Shown: piece by piece, positions 29,372-37,791 of the stretch
Position numbering within the stretch: the first letter of the stretch is position 1
How the letters are laid out: every line of letters starts with the position of its first letter
NCBI GenBank assembly: GCA_963664705.1
Contig: OY761556.1
Location: forward strand, 3,840,001 to 3,904,000
Direction of reading: 5' to 3'
DNA length: 64,000 nucleotides
Source: Acidobacteriota bacterium
Lineage (GTDB): Bacteria; Acidobacteriota; UBA6911
Made by a program: the position numbers and the translations under genes
The notes under the pieces: generated by a model
What the model saw: only the letters and a program-made list of their open reading frames with translations
Databases searched by the model: none
Told to the model about the DNA's origin: nothing

Positions 29372-30498
29372 TTGCCAAAACGTTGACGTAAACTATCCAA
29401 CGCCGATTCCAATTTCGACTGGCGGACCGGTTTCGGATCCGCAAACAGTTCCAGTTGAATCGACCCGGCGGAAAGATCCGTCAGACGAAGGTGTATGCGT
29501 CGCACCCGTGTACGCCGCTGAAGAACTCGATCCAACCCCGTAAGCGCATGAGTATAAAGCCCGGCAGAAGACTGTATCGGTGGGCTCAGCTTGAACTTGT
29601 TTCCGTCGTCCCGGTAATCCGCATACAGAACACCCAACTCCAATTGTCCGGCTCGCTGTTTTCTTTCACGAAGCCGTTCCCCGGCTTCCTCACACAAGTC
29701 GAACAGCACACGCCGCAGCAAGTCGTAGTCATTGCTGTCTTCCGGGAGCACCCGTTCCACGTCCAGGGCCGGAATCGTCCGCAAAGGATTTACCGGTGTG
29801 CTGTCAATTCCCAGGGCACGCTGGTGCAGCACAATCCCAAACCGCCCGAAAGCCAGCGAGAGGTGCGCCGGATCCATCGCCGCAATATCGTGGATAAGGC
29901 AAATGTTGAGATCCTTCAATTGAACTTCGGTCCGGGTTCCAATGCCAGGAAGAAACCGTACCGGCAAAGGGGAAAGAAACGACGACTCATCTCCAGGCGG
30001 AACATCCTGCAGACCGGCCGGGCGCTCGACAACTTCCGACGCGATTCTGCTGACCATCTTATTGGATGCAACTCCAAGTGAACTGTCCAATCGCAGCCGT
30101 TGCCGGATCTCCTTCTGGGCTTTCCATGCCGTATCGCGGGGCGGTCCGAAAAGTCTCCCGGTTCCCGTGATATCTAGATACGCATGCCCATGGCCGGACG
30201 GTTCGAGCACAGGAGAAAAGCTCTCCAGTACGCGAAAAATCGCACGGGATGCCCTCAAATAGAGAGACTCATTCGGGGGAAGCACAATAGCGCTTCTGCA
30301 ATAACGCATCGCTTTTGCCAGCACCATCCCTTTGCGGACGCCCGCCTTCCATGCTTCACCCGAAAGCGCTGTTACAACGGAACGGGAGGCCCCCAAAGGC
30401 GACACGATCACCGGCTTCCCGCGCAGTTCTGGATGAACTACCCGCTCTACGGCCACAGGAAAACTGTTTACCGTCAGATAGATGATCTCTCGTTCCAT
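29326..30498 (-). CDS. Catalytically dead Y-family polymerase (ImuB-like)
   Basis: DinB fold, but YLTVNSFP replaces HxDMDAF and SGHGHAYLD replaces SxDEAxLD; QLELF clamp motif retained. Confidence 0.85.
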   Translation of the reverse strand: MEREIIYLTVNSFPVAVERVVHPELRGKPVIVSPLGASRSVVTALSGEAWKAGVRKGMVLAKAMRYCRSAIVLPPNESLYLRASRAIFRVLESFSPVLEPSGHGHAYLDITGTGRLFGPPRDTAWKAQKEIRQRLRLDSSLGVASNKMVSRIASEVVERPAGLQDVPPGDESSFLSPLPVRFLPGIGTRTEVQLKDLNICLIHDIAAMDPAHLSLAFGRFGIVLHQRALGIDSTPVNPLRTIPALDVERVLPEDSNDYDLLRRVLFDLCEEAGERLRERKQRAGQLELGVLYADYRDDGNKFKLSPPIQSSAGLYTHALTGLDRVLQRRTRVRRIHLRLTDLSAGSIQLELFADPKPVRQSKLESALDSLRQRFGKAVISRQSAVGLNTV

Positions 30499-30505
30499 GA
30501 TTTCA

Positions 30506-30582
30506 ATTTACGATTTACGATTGACGAATGACGATTGAAAAGCGACGTGTCTTGCTCCATTCGTCAATCGTAAATCGTAAAT
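30506..30582. repeat. Perfect 25-bp inverted repeat built from heptamers
   Basis: ATTTACGATTTACGATTGACGAATG (30506-30530) / CATTCGTCAATCGTAAATCGTAAAT (30558-30582). Confidence 0.92.
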
Positions 30583-31341
30583 CCCCAGTTCTTCCAGCAG
30601 CATGCGGGCATTGATCACCGCTTGGCCCCTCCAGGGATTATTCATAAAGACCAGGACCCGTTCACACTCCGCTTCCAGCCGCCGGATCTCCGGCACCACG
30701 GCGGCAAGTTCCGCCCGGCTGTACAGGTAATCGTGCTGGGCCGATCCATCCCCTTTCAGCCACCTGGACTGATTGCGGCCCTGGAAGCGGATATACGCCA
30801 TTCCTGCCGTAGCACAGTAGAAGGTCTTTTCCGTCAGGTTGGCCCCCCCATCCACACACGCAAGCATCACGCGGGCAGAAGCCAGATGTTTTGCCGCTCT
30901 GGACGAATTCCAGTCGGGACAGCCGAATTCGGCAATCAGAGGCACCCCTTCCAGTAAATCCCGGAGCCGACACACCCGGTCGAAGTTGTCCCGAATGAAA
31001 TCAAATCCAGGCGGAAACTGGGCCAGAACACCCGACACCTGCCCGGACTCCCTCAGGGGCCATATGGCACTGCAGAAACGCCGGGCCAACTCTACGTCGG
31101 CCACAGGCTCCTGAGATAACCGGGCAGGAAGGCGGAGCACAAATTGCACCGCCCCGCGCGTCTCATCCGCAATCTGCTGGACAGCGGAAACCTCGGGAAT
31201 CCGGAAGTATGTGAATCCGATCTCGCAGCAATTGAAATGCCGACCGTAATACCGCAGCCAGAAGTCCGGATTCAAATTCCTCGGATAAAAAACCGATACC
31301 CAATCTCGATATTGAAAGCCGCTTGTTCCCACCAGAATCAT
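30508..31341 (-). CDS. DUF72 (YecE-like) TIM-barrel protein, degenerate motifs
   Basis: VGTSGFQYRDW...FYP, LAQFPPGF, YIRFQGR, HDYLYS and FMNN motifs. Confidence 0.85.
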   Translation of the reverse strand: MILVGTSGFQYRDWVSVFYPRNLNPDFWLRYYGRHFNCCEIGFTYFRIPEVSAVQQIADETRGAVQFVLRLPARLSQEPVADVELARRFCSAIWPLRESGQVSGVLAQFPPGFDFIRDNFDRVCRLRDLLEGVPLIAEFGCPDWNSSRAAKHLASARVMLACVDGGANLTEKTFYCATAGMAYIRFQGRNQSRWLKGDGSAQHDYLYSRAELAAVVPEIRRLEAECERVLVFMNNPWRGQAVINARMLLEELGIYDLRLTNGARHVAFQSSFVNRKS

Positions 31342-31347
31342 GCGGCC

Positions 31348-31376
31348 AAGATAGGTGAAAATTAGGTGAAAATCAA
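31348..31376 (-). promoter_or_regulatory. Sigma70 promoter (leaderless) with an overlapping 11-bp tandem operator
   Basis: Minus strand TTGATT-N17-TATCTT-N6-ATG; (TAGGTGAAAAT)x2 at 31352-31373 on the + strand. Confidence 0.7.
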
Positions 31377-31612
31377 GTTAGAAAATACTAATTATATTTC
31401 CAGTACCATCCGGCGATATTGCGAATTCCGGGAAATCCGTAGCCGATTTAAAGCTCCTTTTTACCACCAATTGCACGAAACTCCGGACATTTCCCCCTCC
31501 GACATACTTTTTAGAATTTTCATGTCTTCCCCAATCGGCCATCAGGTGTAATATCGGGCAGAAGTGAACACGCCGGGCAAGGCACTGAATGAACCTAAGG
31601 ATCGGATGACTG

Positions 31613-32644
31613 ATGGAACAAGAACCTCGACAAATCAATTTCGCCTTTATCGGATTCGGACATGTTGGCCGGGCATTCGCACGTCTGTTGATCGATCGGC
31701 GAAAATGGCTGCTCAAGGAGTACGGGCTCGAGTGGAAACTCACCGGGATCGCGACTCAGAATCATGGCACAGCCATTGACCGCGAGGGGCTCCCGATCAA
31801 AAAAATTCTCGGATCCTGGAAACGACATTCCAATCTGGACCAATTCAACAACGGGCCTGCCGTGGTTTCCCACACAGATTTTATTCGTCAATGCGGAGCC
31901 GACGTTCTGTTTGAAATGAGTGTTCTGAACCTGAGCGGCGAGCCGGCGGCCACCTACATCCGCGAAGCTCTCGGCGCAGGGCTCCATGTGATTACGACAA
32001 ATAAAGGGCCGGTGGCGACACGCTTCCGGCAGCTTACGAGCCTCGCCCGCCTCCGCGGCGTCCGGTTCCTGTACGAAGGCACCGTCATGGATGGCGCCCC
32101 CGTATTCAACCTGGTGCGGCAGACGCTGCCGGCAACGCGCATACGATCGCTTCGGGGCATTTTCAACAGCACAACCAACTATGTCCTCACCCAAATGGAA
32201 CAGGGTACTTCCTTTGAGGCAGCGTTGGATTATGCCCGGGATGCAGGAATTGCCGAAGCAGACCCCAGCCTGGACCTAGAGGGGTGGGACTCGGCGGCCA
32301 AACTCTCTATCCTGATACAGGCGATGATGGGAGGCAGCGTCAAGCCGAAGGACATCGAGCGGAGCATCATTACCGAGGAAACCGGTCGCATTGTTCGCGC
32401 GGCAGTGCGTCGCGATCGGCGCCTGCGCCTGGTAGCACGAGCGTACCGACAGGGCGGCAGAGTCGTCGGCAAGGTCGAGCTGCAGGAACTGGAAATATTT
32501 GATCCGCTCGCCGCAATACGAGGATTAAGCAACATTCTTATCCTCAACACCGACACGATGCGGGAACTTGCAATTGTGGAAAATAACCCGTCTGTTGATC
32601 AGACCGCCTTCGCCCTGTTTTCGGATCTGATCTCCCTGCTCTGA
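31613..32644 (+). CDS. hom: Homoserine dehydrogenase (no ACT domain)
   Basis: GFGHVG, TTNKGP, YEGTVMDGAP, NSTTNY and AEADPSLDLEGWDSAAK motifs. Confidence 0.92.
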   Translation: MEQEPRQINFAFIGFGHVGRAFARLLIDRRKWLLKEYGLEWKLTGIATQNHGTAIDREGLPIKKILGSWKRHSNLDQFNNGPAVVSHTDFIRQCGADVLFEMSVLNLSGEPAATYIREALGAGLHVITTNKGPVATRFRQLTSLARLRGVRFLYEGTVMDGAPVFNLVRQTLPATRIRSLRGIFNSTTNYVLTQMEQGTSFEAALDYARDAGIAEADPSLDLEGWDSAAKLSILIQAMMGGSVKPKDIERSIITEETGRIVRAAVRRDRRLRLVARAYRQGGRVVGKVELQELEIFDPLAAIRGLSNILILNTDTMRELAIVENNPSVDQTAFALFSDLISLL

Positions 32645-32649
32645 TTCCA

Positions 32650-32676
32650 GGAACCGTTTTCCCGCCCCTGCGTATT
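32650..32676 (+). promoter_or_regulatory. ECF-type promoter, copy 1
   Basis: GGAAC-N16-CGTATT upstream of the ECF sigma gene. Confidence 0.75.
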
Positions 32677-32695
32677 TGTAGTTCGTGCACGCGGT

Positions 32696-33295
32696 TTGGA
32701 AGTATTGTGTCTCGACCTGCAAAGGATGCGCTGCTTGGATGACAACGACGTAATACAGAGTATTCAGTCCGGCGATACGGAATCATTCGCGCTGCTCGTA
32801 CGGAAATATCACGCGCAACTCCTGAATTTCATTTATCGACTGATGGGCAACGACCGTGTCGTGGAAGATCTCGGCCAGGACGTCTTTCTGAGCGTTTACA
32901 GATCCATCCGGCATTTTGATATTCGACGCGGAGTCCCATTTTCCGCATGGCTTTTCATCACGGCCAGAAACCGGTGCATCAGCGAATTGAGAAAAAAGAA
33001 CCGTTCGGGCATTCCGATTGAGGATATGCCAAATCTCAAGTCGAACGGAAAAACTCCTGAACAGGCGGCGAGTGAAAAGGAACGGATTGCAGCCATCCGC
33101 GAAGCTCTTGCACATCTGCCCGATCCATACAGGCAGACACTTCTTCAAAGCATCCTCGGAGATTCGCCTGAAGAGATTGCATCGAGTCACAAAATTTCTC
33201 CTGGAACGGTAAAATCGAGATTATCCAGAGCCCGCGAAAGGCTGCGATTCCTGCTGCATACGCAGCCTGGAGGAAGAAATTATGACCATTTTTAG
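32696..33295 (+). CDS. ECF RNA polymerase sigma factor
   Basis: EDLGQDVF, FSAWLFITARN and EEIA...GTVKSRLSRAR motifs; true start may be 32726. Confidence 0.92.
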   Translation: MEVLCLDLQRMRCLDDNDVIQSIQSGDTESFALLVRKYHAQLLNFIYRLMGNDRVVEDLGQDVFLSVYRSIRHFDIRRGVPFSAWLFITARNRCISELRKKNRSGIPIEDMPNLKSNGKTPEQAASEKERIAAIREALAHLPDPYRQTLLQSILGDSPEEIASSHKISPGTVKSRLSRARERLRFLLHTQPGGRNYDHF

Positions 33296-33497
33296 CCCCT
33301 CCGGTGATTTCGTAAACCGGGTAATGAACAGCGTCCGCGCCTATGAATCCACGGCAATGCGCAGAGCGGATCGCATCCACGCACTCCTCTTTGCAAAGCC
33401 TGCGATAGTGACGCTGTCTGCGGCAGGACTCCTGCTGGGCATCTGGAATGGATTTCGGATCGCATTAATCCTTCTCTCCCCTTCCACGTGCCGGTAG
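33282..33497 (+). CDS. Small membrane protein, putative anti-sigma factor
   Basis: Overlaps the sigma stop; GGAGG RBS; PSGDFVNRVM followed by a hydrophobic helix. Confidence 0.65.
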   Translation: MTIFSPSGDFVNRVMNSVRAYESTAMRRADRIHALLFAKPAIVTLSAAGLLLGIWNGFRIALILLSPSTCR

Positions 33498-33524
33498 GGA
33501 ACCGTTTCACGGTTCCTGCGTATT
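33498..33524 (+). promoter_or_regulatory. ECF-type promoter, copy 2
   Basis: GGAAC-N16-CGTATT upstream of the signal peptidase gene; the two 10-nt blocks are identical to copy 1. Confidence 0.75.
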
Positions 33525-33548
33525 GATCGCAAACACAAGGAGGAAACA

Positions 33549-34322
33549 ATGCAGCAGCGGAATGCGACCGGCAGAAGAAACAAGTGGCTTGCAACGATCA
33601 TGGGGCTGGCGATGCCGGGGCTGGGGCAGATCTACAACGGCGAATTGATCAAAGGCACAAGCTATTTCACCATTATCCTGGTCCTGCACTTCCTCGGGTT
33701 CCGATGGTCCGTGCTGCTTCCGGACAGGTGGGTGCTTGCCGGCGCCTTTTGCACGGTAACGGTCGTCATCGCCGTGTATATCGCGGCCATCATCGATGCC
33801 TACAAAAAAGCTTCGAGCGCAGGAGATGCCTTTCAACCCGCGGCATACAATCGCTGGTATTTTTATGTGGCAGCGTGGCTCCTCGGCTGGGTCCTTGCAA
33901 TGGGCGCAGTCATCGAGTATGTCCGAAATGACATTCTGGAAGCCTACGTCATCCCAAGCGGGAGTATGGAACCCACGGTAAAAAGAGGAGACCGCGTCCT
34001 GGCTGATAAGACAGCCTATCATCGCATGGCGCCCCATAAGGGCGACATTGCCATCCTGGTTTATCCCGACGACAGAAGCTTGAGATTTATAAAGCGGATT
34101 GGCGCCCTTCCCGGGGAAACGGTCACAATGGCCGATGGCCTGGATACCCAGGTCCCGCATGGCTTTGTTTATATGGTTGGAGATAACAGACAGAACAGCT
34201 ACGACAGCAGACAGTTCGGATTTGTGCCGTTGACGGATTTGGTCGGCAAAGTCCGGCAGGTGTACTTCTCTTCAGGTCCTGACGGCATCCGCTGGGAACG
34301 CATCGGAACAGTCGTTCGGTAA
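33549..34322 (+). CDS. lepB: Signal peptidase I with extended multi-TM N-terminus
   Basis: SGSMEPT (Ser), FIKRIG (Lys) and GDNRQNSYDSR motifs; PGLGQIYNG TM extension. Confidence 0.88.
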   Translation: MQQRNATGRRNKWLATIMGLAMPGLGQIYNGELIKGTSYFTIILVLHFLGFRWSVLLPDRWVLAGAFCTVTVVIAVYIAAIIDAYKKASSAGDAFQPAAYNRWYFYVAAWLLGWVLAMGAVIEYVRNDILEAYVIPSGSMEPTVKRGDRVLADKTAYHRMAPHKGDIAILVYPDDRSLRFIKRIGALPGETVTMADGLDTQVPHGFVYMVGDNRQNSYDSRQFGFVPLTDLVGKVRQVYFSSGPDGIRWERIGTVVR

Positions 34323-34323
34323 G

Positions 34324-34376
34324 GGTTCCAGATTTCAGGTTCCAGATTCCATTTACCGAAATCTGGAGCCTGAAAT
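34324..34376. repeat. Heptamer-type hairpin between convergent genes
   Basis: GGTTCCA GATTTCA GGTTCCA GATTCCA; 34332-34348 pairs with 34360-34376 (16/17 plus one G-U). Confidence 0.8.
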
Positions 34377-34385
34377 TCCGCGCAG

Positions 34386-35141
34386 CTATATTCCCCAGGC
34401 GCCGCCTACTTGAATATTCGCACCGTTTACATAGCAGGCCGCGTCGCTCAGCAGATACAGTACCGCGCCGGCAGCATCCTCTGCGGTTCCCATGTGGCCG
34501 GCAGGGATCCCCTTTATCGAGCGGGACACTTCCTCCAGCGGGATGTTTCCGGTATCGATGAATCCTGGAGATATGATATTGGCGGTAATTCCGTGCGGAG
34601 CCACTATTTTGGCAAGAGACCTCGTAAGAACAGCAACTCCGATCTTGGCAATATAGTGAGCCGTGACGTAGGGCTGCCCGACATGTTGGTCCGCATTCAC
34701 CATGCTGAAATGAACAATACGCCCCCATTTACGCTGGATCATTCCGGGCACGACAGCCCGGCTGAGATAAAAAGCCGGATGCAGATTATTATCAAACTCT
34801 GAATGCCAGGTTTCGAGGGTCTCTTCCATCAGGTGAATGCGATGATAGCGGCCTACGCAATTGACAAGCGCATCAATACGGCCGCACGCATCTTCGACCT
34901 GATGAACCAGCAATTCCGCACCCTTGGGAAGCGAAACGTCTGCCTGCAGGACCATGGCATTGGCACCAATGGCGTGAAGCTTGGCTTCAAATTCGGCCGC
35001 GGCATCGGCATTCGTTCGATAGCAGACCGCGACGGTCCAACCGCGCTGCGCGAGCTCAAGAGCAACAGCCCGGCCGATTCCACGGACACCGCCTGTGATT
35101 AAGGCAACGCGAGGGTTTTCGGGTTTCTCGATCTGAGCCAT
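34386..35141 (-). CDS. Short-chain dehydrogenase/reductase
   Basis: TGGVRGIG, QADV, ISPGFIDT and YVNG motifs; start taken at ATG 35141. Confidence 0.9.
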   Translation of the reverse strand: MAQIEKPENPRVALITGGVRGIGRAVALELAQRGWTVAVCYRTNADAAAEFEAKLHAIGANAMVLQADVSLPKGAELLVHQVEDACGRIDALVNCVGRYHRIHLMEETLETWHSEFDNNLHPAFYLSRAVVPGMIQRKWGRIVHFSMVNADQHVGQPYVTAHYIAKIGVAVLTRSLAKIVAPHGITANIISPGFIDTGNIPLEEVSRSIKGIPAGHMGTAEDAAGAVLYLLSDAACYVNGANIQVGGAWGI

Positions 35142-35176
35142 GCCTCTCTCCCTGTCTGCTGAGAATTGTTTCCGGG

Positions 35177-36886
35177 CTACACATTGCCGGTATAGAGATA
35201 GCGCTTTATTTTTTTCGTCGTGGTTTTCTCGAGTTCCTCGAAGTGCACTGTAATTTTTGTTACTCGCTTGAATGATGCCAGCTTCTGGCAACGGTCCTTT
35301 ATTTCTTTCTGAAGGAGTTTCTCAATCTTCGCTTCATCCAGGCCGCCGAAGGCAGGATGCTCCCTGTCAGGAACAACAATCGCTTCAACGATCTCTTCAC
35401 CCGCTTCGTCAACGTGCCCGCATACGATGCACTCTGCAATACAGGGCGATTTAAGCAACTCGGCTTCGACCTCTTCAGGGTAGATCTTCTTTCCGGCCGG
35501 CGTGACAATGACAGACTTTTTTCGCCCTTGAATGTACAAAAATCCGGAATCATCTACGTAGCCAAGATCTCCCGTGTGCAGCCAGCCATCTTCCAGCGCT
35601 TCGCGCGTTGCATCGGGGTTGTTGTAATAGCCGATCATGATGTTGGGACCGCGAGCCAGGATCTCGCCATCCTCTGCAATCCCGACCTCGACGCTTGGAA
35701 GCGGCAGTCCGGCGGAATTATCCCGGAAAGCCCGATTTCTGTTAACCGTGATAATAGGGGCTGATTCGGTGAGACCATATCCCTGCAGGAACTCAATCCC
35801 CAGTTCTCTAAAGCCTCGTGCAACAGATGGATCGATGGCTGCGCCGCCGGAAATAAAAATGCGCAGACATCCTCCGAATCGGGCATGCAATTGCGAGAAG
35901 AGCTTGCGCCGGATGTTTATTCCCAGGAATCGCTCGGTAAAACCGGCCAGTCTCTTGGCAGCGTCCACCTTCCAAATTCCCTTCTCAGCCATTCCCGCTT
36001 CAATTTTCTTATAGATGGAATGCCAGAGGAGTGGAACTCCGAGCATTGCGGTGGTACGGGTTTCGGCCATGTTTTCGGCCAGGCGGCGCAGGTTTTCCGC
36101 GATAAAAATGGTAGCTCCCGCGGAAAGGGGCAACAGAAACCCGTCGGTGCACTCATAACTGTGATGGATTGGAAGAATGGAAAGAAACCGGTCATCGCCT
36201 CGAAGATCCACCCACTTCCTGGCATCCACAATATTGCAGGCGACATTTGCGTGCGTCAGCATCACTCCCTTCGGATTGCCCATGGTCCCGGAGGTAAAGA
36301 GAATCGAAAGAAGCTGCGCCGGATCAATCGATCCCTCTTCGAAGTCATTTTTTCCGGATGCCATCCGTGCCTGTCCCAGGGTTCTTAGCTCAGAAAATGG
36401 CATCACGCCTTCGCAGGGCGTGTTGTCCATGTTGATGATGCAGGCAAGGCCTGGGAGCCTGGAGCGCACAGCCTGGACGACAGCCAAATGTTTATCGTCA
36501 CAAATCAGCGCCTGAGCCCCGGAGAGATGCAGCAGGTTGTAGACTTCCGTTTCTCTCAGATCCTTATCGATGGGAATGCATACGATTCCAATACACGCAG
36601 CTGCAAGATAGCCGGCCGCCCATTCCGGCCGGTTATCGCCGACGATGGCAAGCTTTCCGGTTGAAGGTTGCAGGCCGAGCGCCGCAAGTCCGCAGGCAAT
36701 TCGCTCCACGTCATTCCGGAGTTCGTCGTAGGTGATTGGAATCCAACGTCCGTCCTTCTTGTATTGCAGAGCGACTCTTCTCTTATATCTCCGGGTGCTG
36801 TTTAAAAACAATTCCCGGACACTCGAGAATGGCTCAACATCATATGCGGGATAGATTCCCTTTTCTTTACCGGAGGTTTCTACCAT
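35177..36886 (-). CDS. Long-chain acyl-CoA synthetase (AMP-binding)
   Basis: FTSGTMGNPKG, QGYGLTE and WLHTGDLG motifs. Confidence 0.92.
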   Translation of the reverse strand: MVETSGKEKGIYPAYDVEPFSSVRELFLNSTRRYKRRVALQYKKDGRWIPITYDELRNDVERIACGLAALGLQPSTGKLAIVGDNRPEWAAGYLAAACIGIVCIPIDKDLRETEVYNLLHLSGAQALICDDKHLAVVQAVRSRLPGLACIINMDNTPCEGVMPFSELRTLGQARMASGKNDFEEGSIDPAQLLSILFTSGTMGNPKGVMLTHANVACNIVDARKWVDLRGDDRFLSILPIHHSYECTDGFLLPLSAGATIFIAENLRRLAENMAETRTTAMLGVPLLWHSIYKKIEAGMAEKGIWKVDAAKRLAGFTERFLGINIRRKLFSQLHARFGGCLRIFISGGAAIDPSVARGFRELGIEFLQGYGLTESAPIITVNRNRAFRDNSAGLPLPSVEVGIAEDGEILARGPNIMIGYYNNPDATREALEDGWLHTGDLGYVDDSGFLYIQGRKKSVIVTPAGKKIYPEEVEAELLKSPCIAECIVCGHVDEAGEEIVEAIVVPDREHPAFGGLDEAKIEKLLQKEIKDRCQKLASFKRVTKITVHFEELEKTTTKKIKRYLYTGNV

Positions 36887-36972
36887 AAGAAAATATATCG
36901 GACACCAGATCCCGGTTCCTGTATAGAATGGGGGGACGCTACATGCCTGACAAAGGCCTTGCTGTTATCCCT

Positions 36973-37629
36973 TCAATTCAGATTCGGGTTTTCAGGCTTG
37001 ATGTGCTCGAATTTACGAACAAGCACCAGCGTCTCGAGTTGCTGCTGCAGAATTGGGATCAGCAGATCACACCTCTGGAGCAGGTTTGGAATCTCCAGCA
37101 GAGCCTGTTTCTGTTCCGTATCCAGATTCAGCGTCATGGCCACCATATTGACAAGGGATTCAAAATCCAGCTGCGGCATCAATTCCACTGCCTGATGCTT
37201 TAACCCGGTGGCCAGTTCGGTAAATTTGGCAAACATGCCACTCAGTTGATTCTGCCGGTTCAGAATCTCCAGGGCGTTCTCGCTTTCGACTCCGTCATCG
37301 AGCATTTCGATTTCGACCAGCCTGTAGGGGGAGTGTTGAATTTCGCGAACAATCCGGACGCGATGAACTCCGACCACAACGATGTTGTATTTGCCGTCCT
37401 CAAGCTCCTCGCAGGTTTCAATTCTGCCAAGGCAGGCAATGTCGTGCACCGCAGCAACGGAGGAATAGCCGGACTCCGGACCGGATTGCAATAATCCAAT
37501 GACTAATTCTTTGTTCCCGGCCAGGACTTCACGGATCATAGTCCGGTAGCGCTCCTCAAAGATATAGAGAGGCACCGGTGTTTTAGGAAACAATACAACA
37601 TTCGGCAAAGGAAATAGTGCGACAATCAT
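36973..37629 (-). CDS. LON peptidase substrate-binding domain protein
   Basis: LFPLPNVVLFP...IFEERYRTM motif. Confidence 0.88.
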   Translation of the reverse strand: MIVALFPLPNVVLFPKTPVPLYIFEERYRTMIREVLAGNKELVIGLLQSGPESGYSSVAAVHDIACLGRIETCEELEDGKYNIVVVGVHRVRIVREIQHSPYRLVEIEMLDDGVESENALEILNRQNQLSGMFAKFTELATGLKHQAVELMPQLDFESLVNMVAMTLNLDTEQKQALLEIPNLLQRCDLLIPILQQQLETLVLVRKFEHIKPENPNLN

Positions 37630-37791
37630 TTCGCTTCGATATTATGCTGGGATTGCCCCGGCGTCAACAAAGCAGTCGCAAGTCTCCCCTTATATCGGTC
37701 CCTATAGGCAATGCCCCGTTCCTACCGACAACGAACGGCTGACGATTGATGACTGTTTTCTGATACAATCCAAACACTTGGAGGAACCCTC

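Noticed and set aside
29289-29444. N-terminal extension of DnaE2 given in the ORF track
   Set aside because: Overlaps imuB and the repeat hairpin; the PHP domain begins at ATG 29288
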